A stretch of DNA of 64,000 nt. Source: an uncultured Thermoplasmatales archaeon. GTDB lineage: Archaea; Thermoplasmatota; E2; UBA202; DSCA01. The notes under the pieces were generated by a model. The model worked only from the letters and a program-made list of their open reading frames with translations, was not told the origin of the DNA and did not search any database. Both the position numbers and the translations under genes were made by a program. How positions within the stretch are numbered: position 1 is the first letter of the stretch; every line of letters begins with the position of its first letter. The stretch is from NCBI GenBank assembly GCA_964514975.1, contig CAZESS010000006.1:27193-91192 (forward strand), in the 5' to 3' direction. This document shows, piece by piece, positions 1 to 10,241 of this stretch.

Positions 1-851
1 AGAAACCTTGCATCGAAGAATAGGTTCCATCCTATGATATTCTTAGTTGACAGTATTTCTCCAAACTCTGATATTAACTCAGGAGGTACGACATAGGTAT
101 GATCTTCTTCGAAGCCTATCCCCATCTCTAAAATACGATCGTGTTGTAAACCCATCGCGGTGAACCCAGTTGTTTCACAGTCCACGGATAAGTAGTCTTG
201 TTGCTGTAAGATAGACTTCACTTCTTGCAGGTTTTGAAGGCTTACTTCAGTCATCCTCACGTCATCTTTTGCTTGATGGTAGTTGTTACGTAAGTATCGA
301 ATGCCTGCGCGCATACACTCTAAAAAGTCAAAAGCTTCGTCGGGACGTCTTAAATAGTAAGCGGGGTGCGCAATAGGTACTAACGGCGTTCCAAGATCGC
401 TGAACAGCAACCTTCCTTCATTTTCACGTACTTTGAATTCACGTCCGCAAAACTCTTGCAAAGGCATGTCCCCCAAAGCTAAGATAAGTTTAGGGTTCTT
501 ACTAACTATCTCCTCTCGAAGCCTCGCCCTACAACAGTTCTGTGCTTGTCTTATTTCCGCCGTTGTAGCATCTCCAGGGATTGGGCACGACAAACAATTG
601 GTGATGTAGTAGGTATCTTGCTGTAGCTGGTGTAAAGTTTTCCTAAGGTACTTCCCCGAAGGTCCTACCATAGGCATTTTTTGGTGCAGCTCTTCGGTAG
701 CTGGAGCCATTGCTACTATTACTAAGTCAAACTCTCTATCGTCCCGTATAGCTAGTAGCTTACTAGGGTTTTCCGGATGAGGAGCCGTGCCCAATCCAGG
801 GACTTGTGGTATGTCTCCAAATGGACATTCACTACAATTAGGTTCTGCCAT
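1..851 (-). CDS. SPO1-type DNA polymerase (family-4 UDG-like domain + 3'-5' exonuclease); 3' part runs off the window
   Basis: Not in the ORF track; hand-translated from ATG at 851: MAEPNCSECP...IVAMAPATEE..PMVGPSG..YITNCLSC..NCCRARL..LILALG..HPAYYLR, then ExoI motif VDCETTG and ExoII-like GWNLFFD. The polymerase domain itself is outside the window. Confidence 0.85.
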   Translation of the reverse strand, partial: MAEPNCSECPFGDIPQVPGLGTAPHPENPSKLLAIRDDREFDLVIVAMAPATEELHQKMPMVGPSGKYLRKTLHQLQQDTYYITNCLSCPIPGDATTAEIRQAQNCCRARLREEIVSKNPKLILALGDMPLQEFCGREFKVRENEGRLLFSDLGTPLVPIAHPAYYLRRPDEAFDFLECMRAGIRYLRNNYHQAKDDVRMTEVSLQNLQEVKSILQQQDYLSVDCETTGFTAMGLQHDRILEMGIGFEEDHTYVVPPELISEFGEILSTKNIIGWNLFFDARF

Positions 852-854
852 TAC

Positions 855-2585
855 TTACCTCTCAAAAATTTTGATAGTGCCGCGTTCGTAAACCAGTTCA
901 TAAGGTGCGGCGTGCGGTGCCGACCACAACATTCCAGCAACACTGTCTTCAACTGGCGTGTCTTTATGCGACCTTTGGTTTACTGCGTACCACTTCCCTT
1001 GTACCAACTCTTGATCCACAACGATATATTTTATGTTTAGTTCTCCGATAGCCTGCTCAGCTTCTTGGAAAGTAGTACTAGCGAAAAACTCCGCAGGGAC
1101 AATACCAGCTTGTGTAGGTGATGTAAGCGGGACTCTTTCTCCTATGCGTATAATCCAATTACCGTAGTCCCACCAACTTAAAATTCCGTAAGATGGTTTT
1201 TCTTGTAAAGATGTTTGGTAATAGGCTTGTGGCGTTTGGAAAGGTTCGGGAGTGTTCTCTTTTAACCATGATGACGCTACGTACCAATCTGCGTTAATGT
1301 TATTGGAGATGTGTGCTAGTCGGTAGGTGTTGGTAAAACTAACTCCCACCGCAAATACTAAGATTACCGTCAACACCGCCGCGCGAGCTTCTTTGTTAAC
1401 CCACTTTAAGCAGTATAGAATGAAGAACGCGGATAAGGTACTTATAGGTACAATGGTGTAGTAACCCCAACGACGTTGCCCAACGTTGGCTACTAACATT
1501 GTGATGGCCCAAATCCAAAATAGGGCGGTATGCCTGTCCTTCTTAGCAAACCATAAGCCTCCTGGCAGGAATATAACTGCTAACCCGAACGTTGCCAGTA
1601 ACGTTCCTACGTCGGGTGGACTGGCTTCTCCTATGTAAGTATCGCCGCCCCAAAACATTGTAGACAAAAGTAGTAACTCGTACCTGAAGGTCATGGTAGT
1701 CAAAACTATCGCAATAGGAGTCACTGCTGTGAGAGCGAACAGCAACATGGATTTGTCTTTTATTAGCTTGGTAAGCAGCCACAAAACTAACGGAGCTACT
1801 GCCAACGCCGAAGTTAAAGCCTTGGGTATAGGGCTTGTCAATCCTAGCGTAAAGGGGAAAGCTACGATCCCAGGTATACTGAACAACTTTACCAAAAAGA
1901 ACTGATCTTCATCTGCCTTAAGTCTTCTTAAGAACTCGTACCAAAGCCAGGCAAGTAAGATAAGTATGAACAAGGCGGTACCAGCCCAAGTGAGATGGTA
2001 TAACCCTAAGACAATTCCTGTTAAAAACATCCACCTGTATTTGCCGGATTTTAGAGACTCAATAAACAATAATATACAAGACGTCGCTAGCAAGGTCTCT
2101 AGTACGTGGTGGTCGAAGAACCCTAACATTGAACGGTGAAACAGTTCTCCAGGAAGTATCGCTACAAATAGTGCGGCTATTACACCTACCCAACCATTGA
2201 AAAGTACTCTGCCTAAAAAGTACGTCAATCCCACTATACATACTAGTAGTATGGGCGGAACAAAAGATATGGCGGTCTCGCCACCTATACTTCCTACAGC
2301 ATATCCTATCCACGTGAGTAGCGGTGGGTAGCCGTTTGCAGCCCCGTCAGGAAACTTTGCGAACATATCCCACTCAATTTGATGGGGAAAGTTCGCGGAC
2401 ATCGCATCTACTAAACGCATATGATACCAAGAGTCTACGCCCCTAAACCAAACTAAGTCCTGTACGAAGATCTTGTCCAGCTGTCCTGCTACCCTTAACA
2501 AGAACGTTAAGATTCCTATTCCTAGCAAACACAGGTATTGAGGCTTGAAGTTTGTTTTAACTTCTTGTACCTTACGCTTAGTCAA
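855..2585 (-). CDS. aglB: Oligosaccharyltransferase, STT3/AglB/PglB family (compact, 576 aa)
   Basis: Many TM helices; GVDSWYHMR, FFDHHVLE and SWWDYGNWI (WWDYG) motifs. Confidence 0.93.
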   Translation of the reverse strand: MTKRKVQEVKTNFKPQYLCLLGIGILTFLLRVAGQLDKIFVQDLVWFRGVDSWYHMRLVDAMSANFPHQIEWDMFAKFPDGAANGYPPLLTWIGYAVGSIGGETAISFVPPILLVCIVGLTYFLGRVLFNGWVGVIAALFVAILPGELFHRSMLGFFDHHVLETLLATSCILLFIESLKSGKYRWMFLTGIVLGLYHLTWAGTALFILILLAWLWYEFLRRLKADEDQFFLVKLFSIPGIVAFPFTLGLTSPIPKALTSALAVAPLVLWLLTKLIKDKSMLLFALTAVTPIAIVLTTMTFRYELLLLSTMFWGGDTYIGEASPPDVGTLLATFGLAVIFLPGGLWFAKKDRHTALFWIWAITMLVANVGQRRWGYYTIVPISTLSAFFILYCLKWVNKEARAAVLTVILVFAVGVSFTNTYRLAHISNNINADWYVASSWLKENTPEPFQTPQAYYQTSLQEKPSYGILSWWDYGNWIIRIGERVPLTSPTQAGIVPAEFFASTTFQEAEQAIGELNIKYIVVDQELVQGKWYAVNQRSHKDTPVEDSVAGMLWSAPHAAPYELVYERGTIKIFER

Positions 2586-3265
2586 AGCTCACCCGCTTTT
2601 TCCAGGTCTTTTTTGTTGTTGATGTTTATGTACTGTCCATTAAATGGTACGGCTTTCAACGGTAAACCGCCTTCTACCATACTTTGCAATACGTCAGTAA
2701 TCTCTACCTCGTTTCTTAGAGGAGAAGGTTTTGCGTTTTGAATATATCGAAATACGTCTTGGTCGAAGAAGTACACACCCATTCCACATAACAACCCTTC
2801 CGCGCGTTTAGGTTTTTCCCAAAGACGTGTTATGCGGTTGAAACCATCTACCTCAAAACCGTAACCGGCTTTAATACTAGCTATGTCCGCCTGTTTCCAA
2901 TATCCTACGCCGCTTTTGATGTGTCCGGTGAGATGCGTTTCCCACTCGCCTTTGCATACGCAATCCCCCAGCACTACTACGAACTTATCTCCGACCCAAT
3001 CTTGTGCAGGGAGTATAGCATCTGCGATACCCTTAGGTTGCGTTTGCTGTACTACAATAAAAGGGAGTGTTTCAAAAGTTTGCAGTACTTCGTAGAAGTG
3101 TTCAGTCCACTGAGGGTTGGCTACTATTACAAAACCATCTACACAACTTCTCCAACCTTCCATCACTGTTTGTAGTACGGTTTTGTTGTTTATTTGTACC
3201 AGAGGTTTGGGTACATTTGCTCCTAAACGTCTTCCCGCTCCTGCACACAACACTACACACTTCAT
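2582..3265 (-). CDS. Sugar-1-phosphate nucleotidyltransferase (RmlA-like)
   Basis: LCAGAGRRL, PKPL, QPKGIADA, LGD, EKP and EITD motifs. Confidence 0.9.
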   Translation of the reverse strand: MKCVVLCAGAGRRLGANVPKPLVQINNKTVLQTVMEGWRSCVDGFVIVANPQWTEHFYEVLQTFETLPFIVVQQTQPKGIADAILPAQDWVGDKFVVVLGDCVCKGEWETHLTGHIKSGVGYWKQADIASIKAGYGFEVDGFNRITRLWEKPKRAEGLLCGMGVYFFDQDVFRYIQNAKPSPLRNEVEITDVLQSMVEGGLPLKAVPFNGQYININNKKDLEKAGEL

Positions 3266-4311
3266 TTCGGCTCCTTATTAAATAAGTGCTTCTCTTGTAT
3301 GATCCACTGTAGCAGTTCCACCAGTCCGGACTCGGGTAGAGTAACGGGCCGCCAATCAAAGCTTTGAAGGGCTTTATCGTAGCTACCAACAAACCACCAT
3401 AAGTCTCCTTGTCTGGCAGGGTGTAAGGTTGTAGGGATGTTACACTCCAAGTACTCCTCGTAAAACTTCAGTACGTCGTGGATGGATATAGAGTTTTCGT
3501 CACCACTACAAATATTGTACGTGCCTTTAGGGCAACCGTTCTCAAACCACTTGAAGAAGGCTTCTGCGGCATCACGTACGTATAAGATATCCCTTACTTG
3601 CTTGTCGGTACCGAAAACTTTAATGGGTTGGTTGGTGATAGCTTTAATAGCGAAGTTGGCTACCCACCCGTGATCCTCACTTCCAAATTGTCTAGGACCG
3701 TAAATACCCGTAAGTCTAAAGTTCACTGCAGGAAGATCATATGATTGTGCGAACGACTCCACGTATAATTCACCCGCTCTTTTAGATACGTGTAAAGGTG
3801 TTAAGGTACCCTTTAACAAAGGATGCGTTTCAGGTATTTCGTCGTATTGTAAGTGAAGTAGTTTAGTAGACCTTTCGGTGAGGTGGCGGTTTATTTCGTT
3901 ACCGTATACGTGTATGGAAGAACAGTTAGCTACTGGTACGTTAAACCACTTCGCAGCGTGCAAAACATTGAAGGTACCTAATACGTTTGTTTGCAGGTCT
4001 AACCGCGGTTCGTCGAGCGCTATCGTCATCGCAGGTTGAGCAGCACAATGTGCTATGAAGTCCGGACGCTCGTTTCCGATTGCTCGGAAGATTTCCTCTT
4101 TGCAGGATACATCTTCTGGTATAACTTTTATACCCTCTTGCGCGAACAGGTGTAGGTTGTATCGGCGTACCTGCTCTACGTCGTACGTAGTTCGACTATA
4201 CTCGAACTTGGTAAGATTGTCAAACGCTACCGCTTCCCATCCAAGTTCTAAGGCTCGTGTACAAATATGTGAGCCAAGAAACCCACATCCCCCAGTAACT
4301 AAAACTTTCAT
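3262..4311 (-). CDS. NAD-dependent NDP-sugar epimerase/dehydratase, CDP-paratose 2-epimerase (RfbE)-like
   Basis: TGGCGFLG, AAQPAM, GIYGPRQFGSEDHGWV, QVRDILYV. Confidence 0.88.
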   Translation of the reverse strand: MKVLVTGGCGFLGSHICTRALELGWEAVAFDNLTKFEYSRTTYDVEQVRRYNLHLFAQEGIKVIPEDVSCKEEIFRAIGNERPDFIAHCAAQPAMTIALDEPRLDLQTNVLGTFNVLHAAKWFNVPVANCSSIHVYGNEINRHLTERSTKLLHLQYDEIPETHPLLKGTLTPLHVSKRAGELYVESFAQSYDLPAVNFRLTGIYGPRQFGSEDHGWVANFAIKAITNQPIKVFGTDKQVRDILYVRDAAEAFFKWFENGCPKGTYNICSGDENSISIHDVLKFYEEYLECNIPTTLHPARQGDLWWFVGSYDKALQSFDWRPVTLPESGLVELLQWIIQEKHLFNKEPK

Positions 4312-4351
4312 TCATCCTCCTTTATTATAACTGAGTTGAGTCAATTAGTAA

Positions 4352-4705
4352 CTAGTCTATAGAACTTTTTTCATCTTTCAGCAGCTTCTCAATATCCCTT
4401 AACAACCTCATTTGCTCGCTATCGTGGGCATGCATTTGTCTATTCCTAAAAGTCCAAATGGAGGGTAGTACCAACACATACACAAACGCCATCATCCCCA
4501 ACGCCAGTAAACAAAAGAAACCTAAGAAGTAGTAAACTTTCATCCAAGGAAAAATTACAAGCAGATGAGGTCTTAAGGTTTCGTACAATACGATTGTTAC
4601 CGAAATAAAGTTTATGGCCCCTAGCATAGGTAACATCGTATACAAGGAGTCAATCAAAGCCCCTAACCAAGGGACGTTTCTTTGCTGCCACCACTTCAAC
4701 TTCAT
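4352..4705 (-). CDS. Small two-TM membrane protein
   Basis: Two hydrophobic segments; overlaps the upstream gene by 4 bp. Confidence 0.6.
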   Translation of the reverse strand: MKLKWWQQRNVPWLGALIDSLYTMLPMLGAINFISVTIVLYETLRPHLLVIFPWMKVYYFLGFFCLLALGMMAFVYVLVLPSIWTFRNRQMHAHDSEQMRLLRDIEKLLKDEKSSID

Positions 4706-5430
4706 TTACTAATCCCTTTTACCTTTAAGTTGAGCAGGATTAGAGAACCGAAAGTTTCGGGCAACGTGAACAATATTCCCACTACAACCCCTATAAATAA
4801 GTACCACGGCTCGTTAGTAAAGTGGTAAGTTAAGGGCCCGACAACAAACATAGAAAAAACCGCTTCTCCGACTGTAGGATGAGGATAGGTGTGGTATTTG
4901 TTTACGAAGCGTTTATATGCCGCTGCAAAAAGGGAAGTAGGTTCTTCGTTATTTATCATCCACACGTCTCGCTCTCCTATTTGAACTTTTATACGGTATA
5001 TGGCGGAGGAAAATCTCATGACTAGGTAATGAAAGCTCATCCACACCAACAGTAGTACCGTGAGTAGTACGTTTGCGGCGCCTACAGCTAAGCCGATCGT
5101 TACACACGTACAAACTAATCCGTCTAAGACAAAGTCTTGCATACCTCGTACAGTATCGTCTACTTCTAACATTCGATTTATTCGACCGTCGATACTATCT
5201 GTTAGCAGGAAAGCTAGATACAGTATCGCACCTAATCCTAAGCGCTGGTAACCGAAAGCGGTCGCAGCGCACAAACCTATTAAAAAGGTGGTCAAGGTGG
5301 CGAAGGTGGGCGACAAACCTAACTTTATAGCCAAAAAGGCGAGAGGTGTTGCTAGGTGGTCTAAAACAAGCTTGCGTATCCATATGTCACGAGGTTTTCT
5401 CGCGAGGCGTTTGGCTTGTTGGTAGTTCAT
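4702..5430 (-). CDS. CDP-alcohol phosphotransferase family membrane protein
   Basis: DSIDGRINR...RGMQDFVLD resembles DxxDGxxAR...GxxxDxxxD. Confidence 0.82.
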   Translation of the reverse strand: MNYQQAKRLARKPRDIWIRKLVLDHLATPLAFLAIKLGLSPTFATLTTFLIGLCAATAFGYQRLGLGAILYLAFLLTDSIDGRINRMLEVDDTVRGMQDFVLDGLVCTCVTIGLAVGAANVLLTVLLLVWMSFHYLVMRFSSAIYRIKVQIGERDVWMINNEEPTSLFAAAYKRFVNKYHTYPHPTVGEAVFSMFVVGPLTYHFTNEPWYLFIGVVVGILFTLPETFGSLILLNLKVKGISK

Positions 5431-5436
5431 ATCTTC

Positions 5437-7077
5437 CTACTCCTCCCACATCGGAGTTGTTAGAACGTAAGAATCGCCAGTTTGGAAGACGATGTCATTT
5501 TCGAAATCTAGCTGCCATTCTTCGAAGGTGTACTGCTTTCGCAACCCTATTCCGTTCCACGAAGTAAAAGCTCCATCTTGCGTGTTCCGGCTACGCACGA
5601 AGATATAACCCTCTGGTACCGGGCGTGGAGATTTGGGTATCTCAGATATGTAGTCGCGTTGTGGCCCCATTGGTCCCAACCTTTCGGAGAATAGCTGTGC
5701 ACCATAAACATCTGCAACTACGGGAAAAAGGTCATTGTCTATTACATAGTCTCTAGCAATGTAGTCCTCGGGAGTGGTAGTTGTACCCAAATCTATGCGA
5801 TGGCCACTTAAACTATAGTTATATGGGACGGTAAAGGTTTCGTTATTAGGTACTTTTATTAGTTCGAAAGCTAGCCCAGACGTGAATACGAAGAAGATGA
5901 GGCAAAGGGCTGTTAGTCCTTTTAGATTTCCCGTAACGAACGGCGCTACCATTAAGGTAAGTCCCACCAAGTGAGCTATTCTTGTGATGTTGAGGGTGTT
6001 CGAAAATCCGGGAACGGTGCAAAGCAGCACTACTACTAAAGAACCCGTGCCTAGCAACCAAAAGTTGGGTACTTTACGTAGGTGCCACAAACCCTTAAAA
6101 GCTAGCAATATAATTATCCACGCGAAAAGGATGAATACAAAGGTTAGCGACGAGGACAACTTATAACCAAAAAGGCTTCGAACCGTAGGTTCGTACATTT
6201 TAAGGGATACAGTCGTGTCTGTCTTTTTATTCTCCGCTTCTACTTGCGTTGTACCTTCCGGGGCGGGCTCAAGGAGAAGATCAGGATTGGTTACTTGTAA
6301 ACTAACGGGCGCCCAATGGTTGTAAAGGTGGAACACCTTTCTAGCTACAGCTCCGTCTTGTGCTGTGGGAAAATAAATTGTACTAACTAGCAACATTGCA
6401 GCAGTAAAGACTACTAAAGGTTTGGTTGTGTACATCTTTCGTACTAGGGCAACGACGACTCCGGGAAGCAAAATAACCGCTGCTATAATAGTTACGGAGT
6501 AATGTGTTAAAGGTATAAGAACCCCTAATACTGCCAGTATCACATATTTATATTTGCTGTGTTTGAGTAGTAGTATACCGAACCCTAGAACTAACCAAGC
6601 TTCCGCTAGCATTTGTCGTGGAATGGTGGGAATCTCTAAAAAGAAAGGACTGAAGGCTATTACAAGGAAACTGCCTAAAAGGGCTCGTTTTGGAGTTGTC
6701 CACTGCTTATAAACCGAATATAAAACGCACGGCACGGTTGCGAAAATTGCTGGATAAACGAGTTTGTAGGCCCACATGTTAGGGGGCGTCACGTATGCAA
6801 ATATGTTTGTGCCTTGTGGGGTGTTTATTAGCGGTTGCCACACGTCCGCACCATGACGCAACAAAACAAAGTAGTACTCCAAATGTACGTCTGAGCCCAC
6901 TAAGTACGGGCCCGCGAGAGTAGTGGTATAGATCATGCTTAGTGCAGTAGCGTAGATTATGTGTAGATGGTACTCTTCTGGTATCTTGCCTGACATCGCC
7001 AAATAGATAGCAACACAAATCGAGACTATGGTAAGGATTGCTACGGCCATCACAGGCCAGATTCTCCCCACTGACAT
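5437..7077 (-). CDS. Polytopic membrane protein, DUF2206/GT-C-like
   Basis: GSDVHLEYY, PRQMLAE, LTHYS motifs; >10 TM segments; C-terminal extracytoplasmic domain. Confidence 0.65.
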   Translation of the reverse strand: MSVGRIWPVMAVAILTIVSICVAIYLAMSGKIPEEYHLHIIYATALSMIYTTTLAGPYLVGSDVHLEYYFVLLRHGADVWQPLINTPQGTNIFAYVTPPNMWAYKLVYPAIFATVPCVLYSVYKQWTTPKRALLGSFLVIAFSPFFLEIPTIPRQMLAEAWLVLGFGILLLKHSKYKYVILAVLGVLIPLTHYSVTIIAAVILLPGVVVALVRKMYTTKPLVVFTAAMLLVSTIYFPTAQDGAVARKVFHLYNHWAPVSLQVTNPDLLLEPAPEGTTQVEAENKKTDTTVSLKMYEPTVRSLFGYKLSSSLTFVFILFAWIIILLAFKGLWHLRKVPNFWLLGTGSLVVVLLCTVPGFSNTLNITRIAHLVGLTLMVAPFVTGNLKGLTALCLIFFVFTSGLAFELIKVPNNETFTVPYNYSLSGHRIDLGTTTTPEDYIARDYVIDNDLFPVVADVYGAQLFSERLGPMGPQRDYISEIPKSPRPVPEGYIFVRSRNTQDGAFTSWNGIGLRKQYTFEEWQLDFENDIVFQTGDSYVLTTPMWEE

Positions 7078-8141
7078 AGGCAGTATTCACAAAACTCGAA
7101 AGGCTCCAAAGGCTCTATCATCGGAAGGCCCTTCAGGTTTGTTAATTGGTCGATGCTCATAGTTCTTCCCGTAGGTTGACGGGTGCTACGGAGATGACGG
7201 CGAAGGCTTTTGTACGTAGGGTTTGTCCAAACTTCTTTTAACGTATCTTCAGCGATGTTACCCATCCTATAATCTAAATACGGTGTGGGAAATTCCTTCC
7301 CATTGTACACTTCAGAACGACGGAGATTTGCCATGTAGGTGCACGCGTACACGTCCTTATTTAACAGCACAAAGGGACTAATGAAAGGGTCATAACAAGG
7401 ACTGAATGTTGGAGTGTCGGTACAGGTGCCTGTTACATGTAAGTTGGCTTGCTTCGCGAGCTGGCGAAACTTTTGTATGGCTTGTATGTGAGGCTCGATT
7501 TTGGGGGGATTACCGAATCCAAGTCTTTCGGATTGCATTTTCATGTAGTGTATACCCGTAGCTCCAACTTGTGTTGCTAAGCGTACGTACTGCGGAAGTT
7601 GTTCCACTACTTCGTCAGAAAATAATACTACGTTCATATACAATTGTATACCTGACTCTCCTATCAGCTTACAGTTATGTAGCACCTGCTCGAAGTTTGC
7701 GCCCAGTTTAACTTTCTCATAGGTGTGCTTATCAGCTCCATCAAAAGATATATGGATACGCGTCATACCGTGTTTTTGCAGAAACTCGACCCACTTTTCG
7801 TTTAATAAAGTGCCGTTACAGGTCATCATAGTACGTGCGTTATTGAAGTGACAAAGCCGTACTAAACCTTCGAAGTTGGGATTACACATTGGCTCTCCAT
7901 CCCCTTCAAACCTGACCGCGCGGATCGGGCACGAGGATAGAATATCTTGCAAAGCTGTGGGCGTAAGATGTGTTTCTCCCGGCTCGGAAGAGATGCTTGC
8001 GGAGTAGTTGCGTCGACAACCAGGACACCTCAGATTGCATGATTTGGTAGTTTCTACTTCTACGACTCTAGGTAGTAAGTCGTGTCGCAAAGCTGCCCAT
8101 TTGTAGGTTTGTATCCCTAGTTGTTGTAAATGTTTGTTCAA
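7050..8141 (-). CDS. Radical SAM protein with SPASM/twitch domain (paralog 1)
   Basis: CNLRCPGC, GDGEP, ISFDG, MGNI..W, C-terminal CxxC; TTG start at 8141 after GGAGG. Confidence 0.9.
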   Translation of the reverse strand: MNKHLQQLGIQTYKWAALRHDLLPRVVEVETTKSCNLRCPGCRRNYSASISSEPGETHLTPTALQDILSSCPIRAVRFEGDGEPMCNPNFEGLVRLCHFNNARTMMTCNGTLLNEKWVEFLQKHGMTRIHISFDGADKHTYEKVKLGANFEQVLHNCKLIGESGIQLYMNVVLFSDEVVEQLPQYVRLATQVGATGIHYMKMQSERLGFGNPPKIEPHIQAIQKFRQLAKQANLHVTGTCTDTPTFSPCYDPFISPFVLLNKDVYACTYMANLRRSEVYNGKEFPTPYLDYRMGNIAEDTLKEVWTNPTYKSLRRHLRSTRQPTGRTMSIDQLTNLKGLPMIEPLEPFEFCEYCLCQWGESGL

Positions 8142-8965
8142 CCTTGCCTCCGAAGAATAAGTATATCTTGAAACGAAAGCCCGTCTACGCAACCTGACCA
8201 CTGCCCTTTGTGAACAGTGGCGTTCAATCCCAGTCCGTGTAAAGCCTCTAGCAGCTCGTCTTGTTCGTAAGCTACCGCTAAACGAGGTTTAGACTTTCGA
8301 ACGTGCCACGTGGTACCGATTTTATGATTGAAGTGGTAATGGTTGTATGATTGTAGCTCGCGTTGCTCGTCATTTAGCAAAAAGAAAGTAGCTAAGCAGG
8401 CGCCGTCAGGTTTAAGGAAGACCTTCATCTGCGAAAGGTAATTTAAGGTCTCCTCTAAAAACATGTGGGTGAAAATCGACTTGAAAAGTACGATGTCGTA
8501 AAGGTTGGAAGGTAAGCCGAACTCGTAATCCCTTGCGTACTTACTGCCTTGAGGATTTAGCTCCTCGTCATACACATCTATGTGAAAGTAGTAGCCCTTT
8601 AAGTGGTCGTTGCACCACTGCACGAAAGGAAGATGCACATCGAGTCCTGCATAACGATTAACATCGCACAAAGCGTACTGACCCGTGAAACTTTGTGCTG
8701 TACTACCGCACCCACAACCTATGTCTAAGATGTTGCACGGGGGTTTCAATCCGCACAGCAGCTTTAGGTAAGCTACATATTCAGCACTAGCTCCTTCAAA
8801 GGTGCTAATGGAGCCTACCTTTTGACGTAAAGACAAGGGCGGAACGTTTTTATGTAGTAGTTTGTTGTAAGCACCATCTAAGGGTTCTACGCACTTCAAC
8901 GCAAGGTGCCTACCCTTGCGCGCGGCTTTGTAAAAGCTTTCGTTCACGAGCAAGCCATTCCCCAT
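8138..8965 (-). CDS. Class I SAM-dependent methyltransferase
   Basis: ILDIGCGCG, SIFTHM, LKPDG. Confidence 0.88.
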   Translation of the reverse strand: MGNGLLVNESFYKAARKGRHLALKCVEPLDGAYNKLLHKNVPPLSLRQKVGSISTFEGASAEYVAYLKLLCGLKPPCNILDIGCGCGSTAQSFTGQYALCDVNRYAGLDVHLPFVQWCNDHLKGYYFHIDVYDEELNPQGSKYARDYEFGLPSNLYDIVLFKSIFTHMFLEETLNYLSQMKVFLKPDGACLATFFLLNDEQRELQSYNHYHFNHKIGTTWHVRKSKPRLAVAYEQDELLEALHGLGLNATVHKGQWSGCVDGLSFQDILILRRQG

Positions 8966-10056
8966 CTAGCCAAACAATACTTACAATGTTCGAACCTACC
9001 AGCTTCAGGATCGGTAGAGGCAAGTTTAGTAAGTCGCAACAAGCTGTCACGTTCCATGACCGTGCCTCTAGGAAGCTCTGAATCTTTGTACACCTGTCTT
9101 AACTCCCGGTAAGCAGGGCCATACCAAACCTCTCTAAAACCTTCCTTGAACATATTTCCCATGTTATAGGTATCCTCAGGGATCTCGTACTCGTAACCCA
9201 TGTACCAAACTTTTCCTCTACCCAAGGAATAGCAACATGCGAACAGGTCCCCTTCGATTGTAATCTCTGGACGTATGAACGGAAAGCTGAAACGCCTCCA
9301 GGTGGGATTCAAACCCAAAGGGAAAATCCACTTTACACCCAACTGCTTACATAACCTTGCACTCTCGTTGAAAATGTTTTGGTTGGTGGAGTTGTTTTCG
9401 GGACGAACTTTAGTGTCGTCGCCGTACGTACAAATAGGCATTAAGAACGTAACTTCTTTTGCTCCTACTTGTTTTGCTAATTTTACTATCTCTGGCATCT
9501 CGGCAATGTTTTGCTGCGTTATGACAGTGTTTATGCATAAGGGAATGCTACTACTACCCAGTAGCTTTAAGTTGTGCAAAGTTTGTTCCCACTCCGCCCC
9601 AACTCTCATAGCTTCGTAAAGTTTCTTTTGCGCAGCGTCGACGGACGAGTGCACCCTATACACCTTGTTATTTTCCCAATGCCTGATGGTCTCGGGATTT
9701 ACTAGCGTAGTGTTGCTGGTTACGACGGTGTGAATGTCTTGTTTAGCCGCGTACTCGATTATGTCGTTAGTTTCCGGGTTCATGAGAGGCTCGCCGTCAC
9801 CCATAAAGTTGAGAGTTGCGAGTGTAGGAATTTGTTGATGTATCTCTCGGAACCTTTGCAAGGTGCAAAAAGGTTCTTCTGCACGGCTTTGCGCTAATGA
9901 GGAGTCGGCTCTTCTCATACAAGCGGGACAGCTAAGATTGCATACCCTTGATACTTCTAGGTCTATCATCCTGGGCATAAAGGTGCGTTGTCTAATCGCC
10001 CACTCTCCCAAGTGTTGTGCCCATCCTTGTGTTTCAGGTATCTTTTTCCAGTTCAT
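8944..10056 (-). CDS. Radical SAM protein with SPASM/twitch domain (paralog 2)
   Basis: CNLSCPAC, GDGEPLMN, GDLFACC, MGNM..W, CKYC. Confidence 0.9.
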   Translation of the reverse strand: MNWKKIPETQGWAQHLGEWAIRQRTFMPRMIDLEVSRVCNLSCPACMRRADSSLAQSRAEEPFCTLQRFREIHQQIPTLATLNFMGDGEPLMNPETNDIIEYAAKQDIHTVVTSNTTLVNPETIRHWENNKVYRVHSSVDAAQKKLYEAMRVGAEWEQTLHNLKLLGSSSIPLCINTVITQQNIAEMPEIVKLAKQVGAKEVTFLMPICTYGDDTKVRPENNSTNQNIFNESARLCKQLGVKWIFPLGLNPTWRRFSFPFIRPEITIEGDLFACCYSLGRGKVWYMGYEYEIPEDTYNMGNMFKEGFREVWYGPAYRELRQVYKDSELPRGTVMERDSLLRLTKLASTDPEAGRFEHCKYCLARWGMACS

Positions 10057-10232
10057 TAGTCAAACCATTCTCCCCATGTCGTTTTGCAATCTTTGCACTC
10101 CTTCCAACCCACATGTCCTCGCGTTACACGACATATGTTGTGAGAAGAGCACGAGGGGCATTTTACATTCTTTTGAGCTTCTAATGCGTCCCTGAGTATT
10201 TTAGCTAACAGCTTGTCGCTTTGTGCGCTCAA
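10056..10232 (-). CDS. 58-aa zinc-ribbon protein (not in ORF track)
   Basis: AAGGAG + TTG; MSAQSDKLLAKILRDALEAQKNVKCPSCSSHNICRVTRGHVGWKECKDCKTTWGEWFD; TAATG coupling to the radical SAM gene. Confidence 0.65.
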   Translation of the reverse strand: MSAQSDKLLAKILRDALEAQKNVKCPSCSSHNICRVTRGHVGWKECKDCKTTWGEWFD

Positions 10233-10241
10233 AATATCTCC

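Noticed and set aside
10056-10232. RiPP precursor for the adjacent SPASM enzymes
   Set aside because: The CxxC...CxxC spacing fits a zinc ribbon; no transporter or leader peptidase is evident and the context is glycan synthesis. Not fully excluded.
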